DNA from: Candidatus Multivoradales bacterium
GTDB taxonomy: Bacteria; Acidobacteriota; Thermoanaerobaculia; Multivoradales; J023
Direction: 5' to 3'
DNA length: 64,000 nt
Assembly (NCBI GenBank): GCA_965248925.1
Contig: CBDFLE010000005.1
Coordinates: 1,600,001 to 1,664,000, forward strand
Numbering within the stretch: position 1 is the first letter of the stretch; each line of letters begins with the position of its first letter. Of the stretch, positions 57,451-64,000 are shown in pieces. A program made the translations under genes and the position numbers. The notes under the pieces are model-generated. The model was not told where the DNA came from, made no database searches, and was given only the letters and a program-made list of their open reading frames with translations.

Positions 57451-58062
57451 ATGCTGATCGGCTACGCCCGGGTGTCCAAGGCTGATGGCTCGCAGAGTCT
57501 GAGCCTCCAGACCGACGCTTTGGAGGCTGCCGGAATCAGCCGAGACCGGATCTACGAAGACCGAGCTTCGGGCAAGACGGATAATCGGCCAGGCCTGGAC
57601 ACCTGCTTGAAGGCCCTCCGCGAAGGCGACATATTGGTGATCTGGAAGCTGGATCGGCTAGGTCGCAGCCTCCAGCATCTGGTCAATACGGTGCAGAATC
57701 TCAACGACCTGAGCATTGGCTTGAAGGTGCTCACTGGCCAGGGGGCCAACATCGATACTACTAACCCCAGCGGAAAGTTAATCTTCGGCATCTTCGCCGC
57801 CTTGGCTGAATTCGAGCGAGAGCTGATTCGGGAGCGGACGAAGGCAGGCCTGGCAGCCGCGCGAGCTCGTGGAAGAAACGGAGGGAGGCCTCACAGCCTG
57901 AGCAAGGCTCAGGTGCGACTAGCGCAAGCTGGGATGGGCCAGAGAGAGATGAATGTCCGAGAACTTTGCAGCGAGCTGGGGGTCTCCAAAGCGACGCTCT
58001 ATCGGTACGTAGGGCCAAAGGGCGAGCTTCGAGAACGTGGACGCAAGATTCTGGGTGCCTAG
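57451..58062 (+). CDS. tnpR: Serine resolvase
   Basis: IGYARVS, KLDRLGRS, AEFERELI, C-terminal HTH. Confidence 0.95.
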   Translation: MLIGYARVSKADGSQSLSLQTDALEAAGISRDRIYEDRASGKTDNRPGLDTCLKALREGDILVIWKLDRLGRSLQHLVNTVQNLNDLSIGLKVLTGQGANIDTTNPSGKLIFGIFAALAEFERELIRERTKAGLAAARARGRNGGRPHSLSKAQVRLAQAGMGQREMNVRELCSELGVSKATLYRYVGPKGELRERGRKILGA

Positions 58063-58169
58063 GGCACCCCGTAGGCGCCATTGGGTGCACGGAGGTGCTC
58101 ACCAAGGCTCCTTTTTTTGCTCGACGCTAGAAATAGCTGTGAGCGTTCTGTCCGGAGGGCCAAAGGAAT

Positions 58170-59477
58170 ATGTCGCGATCTGAACAGCCTCGGGTCTTCG
58201 TCTCCTACGCCTGGGAAGACAAGGATTACAAGACCTGGGTCAAGCGTCTCGCAAAGCGGCTTCGCGCCGACGGCGTGAACGCCCGTCTCGATGCTTGGCA
58301 CCTGGACGGAAGGCCATTCGGGGACTTCATGACCGCCGAGGTGGAGGACGCCGACTGGGTGCTCCTCGTCTGCTCGCCGAAGTACCGCGAGAAGGTCAAG
58401 GCCATGCAGTCGGGGCAAAGGCCCACCGGCTCAGGGTGGGAGCTGAGTCTCTTGACCAGCGCCATTCTGGATGCCGAAGGCCCGAAGGTGGCTTTGGCGC
58501 TCGGCCGAGGAGAGCGGAGGCGCTCGATTCCATTCGGCTTCAAGGGGCGGGAGTGTCACGACCTCACCGACGCGGCGACTTTGGAGGAGAATTACCGCTC
58601 TCTGCTCCAAGAGCTCCTCGGAGCTACGGAAAGGGCGCCGGGCGTGGGCACCAAGCCCCTCAACCTCCGAGATCCGGAAATAGAGCCCATGCGGGCGCCA
58701 GCCCCGGCATCGGCCGCGGGAGAGGCCGCCTCGACGGGGCAGAACTCGGATTCGAGGCGTCCTGCCTCACCGGCGCCGGAGGTTTCGATCTCGGCGCCCA
58801 CCCCGAGACCAACGCCCGCTAGAAAGCCGGAAGAGGTTCCTGGCACCTCCTTCGGCCGACGCTTCTTCTGGGGGGTCTCGATCGGTCTCCTCGGTGTCTT
58901 GGCGACCGCGTTGGCCTGGTGCTACCCGCGCCCACCGTCGGGGTCTGTTGCTCCGGACGAGCCCTCTCTTCCTGCTCTCTATGCCATGCGGGTCCAAGTC
59001 CTAGATCCGAGCGGTTTGCCGGTAAGCGGCTCGAAGCTCAGGCTCTCCTCTGGGAGTGAACCACAGCTTCTTCCCGATGGCTGGTGGGAGATCGAGATTC
59101 CGCAAGTCAAGATCCCCCTCGATCGACGGGTGACCCTGTGGGCCGAGCATCATGAGTGGCGGACCGCCAGGAAGGTGGTGGAGCTCGGGGAGGACTCCAA
59201 CCCTAGTGTCGAGATCCTCCTGAAGGTGCCGAGGGAGAAGATTTCCGGGGTGGTCGTGGGGCCAGAAGGCCGCGCCGTCGAAGGGGCTCGGCTGAGTCTG
59301 CAGAACTTCGAGGGTCCTACCGTCCTCAGCAACCGGGATGGGCAGTTTGAGCTCTGGGTGATAGCAGCGCAGGACCAACTGGCTCATTTCCAGATCGAGC
59401 ATCCGGAGTTCCCGGCTCAAGACGGCAGCTGCTTCGTTGGCCGTAGCAACTGCGACCTTGTGTTAGAGCCGAAATAG
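58170..59477 (+). CDS. TIR/SEFIR - Pro-rich linker - TM - carboxypeptidase-regulatory-like domains
   Basis: VFVSYAW..W..RL..L..DGV..LD; GSGWE candidate catalytic Glu; TM FFWGVSIGLLGVLATALAW; two beta-sandwich repeats. Confidence 0.85.
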   Translation: MSRSEQPRVFVSYAWEDKDYKTWVKRLAKRLRADGVNARLDAWHLDGRPFGDFMTAEVEDADWVLLVCSPKYREKVKAMQSGQRPTGSGWELSLLTSAILDAEGPKVALALGRGERRRSIPFGFKGRECHDLTDAATLEENYRSLLQELLGATERAPGVGTKPLNLRDPEIEPMRAPAPASAAGEAASTGQNSDSRRPASPAPEVSISAPTPRPTPARKPEEVPGTSFGRRFFWGVSIGLLGVLATALAWCYPRPPSGSVAPDEPSLPALYAMRVQVLDPSGLPVSGSKLRLSSGSEPQLLPDGWWEIEIPQVKIPLDRRVTLWAEHHEWRTARKVVELGEDSNPSVEILLKVPREKISGVVVGPEGRAVEGARLSLQNFEGPTVLSNRDGQFELWVIAAQDQLAHFQIEHPEFPAQDGSCFVGRSNCDLVLEPK

Positions 59478-59794
59478 ACCAATGGCGAGTGCGCTCGGCC
59501 TGGAAGGATGAGCTGGCCAGCGGGACGTGCTCGATGGGAAGGAGAGAATATTGATGGACTCAACACAGATACAGAAATCTACTCGCTTGGCTCGGGGTGG
59601 CCTTCTCCGTTCGGCCGCATTCCTTGCGGGTGCTGGACTCGCATTGGCGCTGGCGGCTCAAGTTACTGAGATCTCGATCAAGGCCCTTGACCCTCACCGT
59701 AAGGTTGTCCAGGGGATCTGGTTCACCTTCGGAGAGGTCGTGAGTCGACCTACGGGCAGTACGGGAGTCACTACCCTCCAGATACCTGCCATAG

Positions 59795-61291
59795 CAGCCC
59801 GTGGTGAAAGTCCCGATTACGGCCGTCTTGGCGATCTTCCCTGGTAGAATCTTTCCACCCGAGGGAGGTAGCGACCATGGCGATGGGCAGGCGAAGCAAA
59901 CGAAGACAGCGGCAGCTCTGGGTGGAAACCCAGGCGCTGGCCAAGTCCCCAGGACATCCTTTCTACGAGCGTCTGTCCAAGATTCTCGACAAGCACGGTT
60001 TCGATCGCTTTATCGAGGAGCAGTGCGCGAGGTTTTACGCTACGAGGATGGGACGGCCTTCGCTGGCGCCCGCGGTGTATTTTCGGTTGCTGTTGATCGG
60101 CTTCTTCGAGGGTATCGACTCTGAGCGAGGTATCGCATGGCGGCTTGCGGATTCGATGACTCTGCGCGACTTTCTGGGCTTCGAACTCTCGGACCAGACC
60201 CCGGACCATTCGACGCTCTCTCGGACCCGTCGCCTGATCGATCTCGAGACCCATGAGGCGGTGTTTGCTTGGGCTTTGCAAGTACTGGCGAAGGCTGGCT
60301 TGCTCCGGGGAAAGACGCTGGGCATCGATGCGACGACCCTCGAGGCGAACGCGGCGATGCGCAGCATCGTGCGTCGAGACTCGGGCGAGAGCTACGAAGA
60401 GTTTCTCACGCGCCTGGCCGAGGCTTCGGGTGTGGAGACCCCGACGCGAGCGGATCTGGCGCGTTTTGACCGCCAAAGGAAGAACAAAAAGACGTCGAAC
60501 GGCGACTGGAAGAACCCCCACGATCCCGACGCCAAAGTCACGCGAATGAAGGATGGGCGGACGCATCTGGCGCACAAAGCCGAGCATGCGGTGGATATGG
60601 AGACGGGTGCGGTTGTGGCGGTGACGGTGCAACCTGCAGACCGAGGGGACACGTCGAGCCTAGAGCGGACGTTGGATGAAGTCGCTGCGGTGCTGGAAGA
60701 TGTCGTTGAGGATTCGGAGGCTGGCGATCACTTGAGCGAGAAAGTCCGTTCAGAGCTGGTGGCTGACAAGGGCTATCACAGTAACGCGGTCATGAAGGCA
60801 CAGCGTCAAGGGAAGATTCGAACCTATATTTCGGAACCGGATCGAGGCCGACGCAACTGGTGCGGCAAAGAGGCGGAGAAGCAAGCGGTGTATGCCAACC
60901 GTCGACGGATCAAGGGTCGTCGAGGCCGCGAGCTGTCGCGGCGTCGAGGAGAGAAAGTAGAACGCACCTTTGCCCATTGCTACGAGACTGGCGGTATGAG
61001 AAGGACCCACCTTCGAGGTCACGACAACATCCGCAAAAGGTTGCTGATTCACATCGCGGGATTCAATCTTGGGCTGCTGCTTCGTCAAATGTATGGAGCC
61101 GGCACTCCACGGGCCCTTCAGGGCTTTCTTTCGGCTCTCGAACAGGGCTTTCGCGCCGTATATAGCTTGCTGAGCTGGCTTCTGCCGCACGAGAGCGGAT
61201 ATTGGCCACTAAGATCTTCGATCAGACCACCTGCGCCGGCTGGCCTCAATTTAGGCCACATTTTGTAGAAACGGACTTCTGCCACGGGCTG
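59795..61291 (+). mobile_element. IS1182-like insertion sequence (1497 bp)
   Basis: IRs CAGCCCGTGGTGAAAGTCC and CAGCCCGTGGCAGAAGTCC; 4-bp TSD ATAG. Confidence 0.9.
59877..61268 (+). CDS. DDE transposase (IS1182-like)
   Basis: GRPS, PDHSTLSR, IDATTLEANA, ADKGY, VERTFA. Confidence 0.92.
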   Translation: MAMGRRSKRRQRQLWVETQALAKSPGHPFYERLSKILDKHGFDRFIEEQCARFYATRMGRPSLAPAVYFRLLLIGFFEGIDSERGIAWRLADSMTLRDFLGFELSDQTPDHSTLSRTRRLIDLETHEAVFAWALQVLAKAGLLRGKTLGIDATTLEANAAMRSIVRRDSGESYEEFLTRLAEASGVETPTRADLARFDRQRKNKKTSNGDWKNPHDPDAKVTRMKDGRTHLAHKAEHAVDMETGAVVAVTVQPADRGDTSSLERTLDEVAAVLEDVVEDSEAGDHLSEKVRSELVADKGYHSNAVMKAQRQGKIRTYISEPDRGRRNWCGKEAEKQAVYANRRRIKGRRGRELSRRRGEKVERTFAHCYETGGMRRTHLRGHDNIRKRLLIHIAGFNLGLLLRQMYGAGTPRALQGFLSALEQGFRAVYSLLSWLLPHESGYWPLRSSIRPPAPAGLNLGHIL

Positions 61292-62359
61292 ATAGGGGCT
61301 GGGCAATCGATCAAGGTCGACTTGCCCAGCAAGCTTGGCGAAGAGTGGTTTCTGATCGACCCACTTGTACACGCTCCTTCTGGTATGGCCCAAGGCCCCG
61401 CGGAAGTAGTCGTCATGCGGCGGACGGACCTACGCCTCCTGGCTGGGGAGGCAAGGGAGGCTTCCCAGGCGAGTGGCCCCGACCGGGTCATCGGTGAGGC
61501 CCAACGTAGGGAAATTCTCGTCGACTTTGCAGCCAAGTATGGCTTGAGCGAAGAGGAGCTCATGACAGCTCTTGAGGCCTTCGGCAGCACGGATGATCCT
61601 ATGGACCGCGGGATCGCTGCCTACTTGGATGGCGAATATGGCAAGGCCGAGGCCTCGCTACTCGAAGCTGTTGAAACACAGGAGAGCGATTTCTTGGAGT
61701 CGCTCCGCTATCTGGGAGCCACGGAATATGCCGTAGGGGATTACGGCGCTGCGGCTGGAACGTTTCGCAAAGCCGTGGGTTTGCGCGGAGATGATCTTGC
61801 TCTGCTGAGCTGGTTCACCTCGTCTCTTCAAAATGCCGCGAGGTGGAGCGAGTGTGAGGAGGCCTCGAGGCGCTACCTTGATTTGGCCATAGACCAGTAC
61901 GACGAAGAAGACCCTCACGCTGCCAGCGCAATGACCGCCCTGGCTCAGCTGCTTAAGGCGACGAACCGTCTGGGTGAGGCGGAGCCGCTGATGCGCAGGG
62001 CCGCGAAGATCCTCTTCGAGAGCCTCGGGGAATCCCACCCCAATAGTCAGATCGTGTCTGCGAATTTGAAGCGCTTGCTGGCGGAAATGAAGAAGGCAGG
62101 GCTGTCCACGCCGATGGACTGAGCCGTCTCGAAGCGTCGCGGGCGCGCACACAAAGTGGCAGAAGCCGCGGGAGACGCGGTCCGGCGAACACCGAGTCCC
62201 CGAGCCTCCCCTTAACCTTGCTAACGAGGGTAACCCCGAGCTACCTCTGAGGAAGAATACTGTTCAGAGTCGCCGAAGGGGGAGCGCTTATCGTCGCAGG
62301 CCCGTCGCTAGAGGTCTTCCCAAAAACGACGCTTTCTGTCCATTTACTACGGGTACCCC

Positions 62360-62395
62360 TAGAGTGAATTTCTGTAGCTTCGGGCCTGATACCCC
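62360..62395 (-). repeat. Orphan Tn3-like inverted repeat
   Basis: Minus strand GGGGTATCAGGCCCGAAGCTACAGAAATTCACTCTA directly abuts the Tn3 right IR. Confidence 0.55.
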
Positions 62396-62399
62396 AGCT

Positions 62400-62750
62400 T
62401 CTACGGGCCGCCGGCCGCGCGGCCGAGGCACTGACCGCCTGGCTCCGGATCGCCGGCATCTCGGCCGGGGCAGTGTTTCGCGCCATCGATCGCCATGGCC
62501 ATCTCGCCAGCAGCGCCATGGTGCCGCGCTCCCTGGCCGAGATCGTCAAGTATCGGGCTCTGCGCGCTGGGCTTGATCCGGCTGACTACAGCGGGCATTC
62601 GTTGAGGTCGGGGTTTGTTACTACCGCCGGTCGGGCGGGGGGCAGCTTGCAAGAGGTGATGCAGCTGTCCGGGCACCGCCCGCCGTGGCCATGCGCTACC
62701 ACCAGGCTGGCGACGTCCTGCGGTCCAGGGCCGCGAGGCTCACCGGGTAG
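62400..62750 (+). pseudogene. Tyrosine recombinase C-terminal fragment
   Basis: VFRAI, YSGHSLRSGF (HxLR), SGHR; frameshifted near the catalytic Tyr. Confidence 0.8.
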
Positions 62751-62809
62751 GCCGCGCTGTGATGCAGCTTTTCGGTCCGAGAATTGCCGAAGCTGGGAGC
62801 CCCATGTCG

Positions 62810-63430
62810 TTAGTCCAGCTTGGTCATCACCTCGATCGGGATCCGATCATGGCCTTGACTAGACTCGTCATAACGCAACTCCATTACCCAGGTGCCAAGG
62901 CCGGGCCTCTCGATCCGAAACTCGTGAATGCCGAGGGGTATGTCCCTCGCGAAGTCACCGTATCCATCAAGTCGGCCCACAAGTACCCCATTCAGCCACA
63001 CGGCTGCGCCGCCGTATTCCCTAGAACTCACGAGCCACATTTCTACCAAATAGCGTTTCTCGCAAAGGTCGTACTTCAGGCGTGAGGACTTTTTGGTAAA
63101 TCCACTCGTCCAAGATATCTGGTATGCCTGTAACAGGTTACTGTTCATTTCCAAGGTGACCATGGTGTCGCCCTTTTGAGCGACCAGTTCATGAGGATAG
63201 CTGTAGGGCCGGTGAAGAAGCATCTTAGGAAACTGCGGTATATGTGCCTCAACATCCGCCTCTGTCATCTGGCAACGCAAGCCGCTGACGAACGCATTCG
63301 ATCTACCCCATGGCTTCACAGAACCAACGAAGGGCGGCGACAAGCAAGCCAGCGAAAGAAGCGCAACAAGAGATGCAAGAAGGTTGCTTGAGACTGCGGC
63401 TAACCTTGGCATCATCGCACTCCTGGACAC
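62810..63430 (-). CDS. Exported protein with PEGA-like domain; candidate RHS immunity protein
   Basis: Hydrophobic signal ending in LAC; GAAVWLNG..G.H..RIERPG; overlaps RHS stop. Confidence 0.65.
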   Translation of the reverse strand: MSRSAMMPRLAAVSSNLLASLVALLSLACLSPPFVGSVKPWGRSNAFVSGLRCQMTEADVEAHIPQFPKMLLHRPYSYPHELVAQKGDTMVTLEMNSNLLQAYQISWTSGFTKKSSRLKYDLCEKRYLVEMWLVSSREYGGAAVWLNGVLVGRLDGYGDFARDIPLGIHEFRIERPGLGTWVMELRYDESSQGHDRIPIEVMTKLD

Positions 63431-64000
63431 TTGGCTTTCCTGTTCTTGGATGGCCGACCCTTATTGCCCCACCCAGGCGTTTGCCCTGACCCTACTACGT
63501 CAGGAGGCGTAAGGCCGCAGGTCTTGGCGATGGTGCTGGCGAAGGAGTTGCTGTTGGGTCCTCGAAGGAGCCGATAGCCGGATGGGTTTGGATAGTTCAG
63601 AAACTGTTGACCGACACACGGGTCTGTCATGCAGTCCTCGTCACCACTCCAGGGACCGCATTCTGTTCTGGTATCTTTGACACCATCGGTGTCGAACCGG
63701 TCATTCTTGAATTTGCATCCCACACCCTTAACTTTCTGCAATCCATAGGTCGTGCTTTCGGATTTTCCCGAAGGCCCTCCAGAGTTTTGCTCTGTCTGAA
63801 TAAAGCAATGCTTGAAGGCTGCTAATGACTGGCCTCGCGTAATGGGCGTACAACAGACCCTTGACTTCTCGCCAGTCGGATCGACAAACAAGAGAGGATT
63901 CGCTGTGGCGTAGAGGTAAGGGTGGAAGTCACCCTGGGCACCAAGCGGGTCGGGGCGGCTATAGCTGCCTGTGCCGGATCGATACCACCGGAGAACATTG
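63412..64000 (-). CDS. RHS repeat-associated core end plus C-terminal toxin domain (5' end outside window)
   Basis: NVLRWYRSGTGSYSRPDPLG..YLYATANPLLFVDPTG then about 150-aa Cys-rich tip. Confidence 0.9.
   Translation of the reverse strand, partial: NVLRWYRSGTGSYSRPDPLGAQGDFHPYLYATANPLLFVDPTGEKSRVCCTPITRGQSLAAFKHCFIQTEQNSGGPSGKSESTTYGLQKVKGVGCKFKNDRFDTDGVKDTRTECGPWSGDEDCMTDPCVGQQFLNYPNPSGYRLLRGPNSNSFASTIAKTCGLTPPDVVGSGQTPGWGNKGRPSKNRKAKCPGVR

Larger units (their letters stand above)
59554..62122 (+). pseudogene. Secreted beta-domain + TPR protein interrupted by an IS
   Basis: Removing 59795-61291 plus one ATAG restores in-frame ..LQIPAI-GAGQSIKVD..; signal peptide; C-terminal TPRs. Confidence 0.85.
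54256..62359. mobile_element. Tn3-family transposon (8104 bp) with cargo
   Basis: 38-bp IRs GGGGTACCCGTAGTAAATAGACAAAAAGCGTCGTTTTC and GGGGTACCCGTAGTAAATGGACAGAAAGCGTCGTTTTT; divergent tnpA/tnpR; no 5-bp TSD. Confidence 0.92.

Overview
GC-rich bacterial window; small-protein and CHAT-protein content suggest Acidobacteriota (Thermoanaerobaculia-like), which is an inference. 1-2.9 kb: end of an electron-transfer operon (MtrB/PioB-type porin, XoxJ/MxaJ-like plus cytochrome c fusion, cupredoxin-like protein). 2.9-27.6 kb: surface-glycan/lipid modification locus (2 GT4, epimerase, WecA-like transferase, nucleotidyltransferase-like protein, 3 cobalamin-dependent radical SAM enzymes, 2 methyltransferases, 2 GT-C-like membrane proteins). 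It is interrupted by two toxin-antitoxin cassettes, each followed by a relic of the epimerase 3' end, and by a 6.5 kb insert (pentapeptide-repeat genes, truncated radC, IS6 relic, inverted-repeat pair). 27.8-35.4 kb: sbcCD and a Cu/Ag P1B-ATPase with a MerR-type promoter. 35.5-64 kb: conflict island with four caspase-clan (CD) protease genes (NACHT-HEAT-CHAT, TPR-CHAT, C25-like peptidase, CHAT-NTPase plus TPR) around a sigma-like membrane protein. This is followed by IS21, an NB-ARC fragment, an intact Tn3 carrying a transmembrane TIR protein and an IS-disrupted secreted TPR partner, a tyrosine recombinase relic and an RHS toxin tip with a candidate immunity gene. No rRNA, tRNA or CRISPR array seen. 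All family calls come from motif recognition by eye, not database searches.
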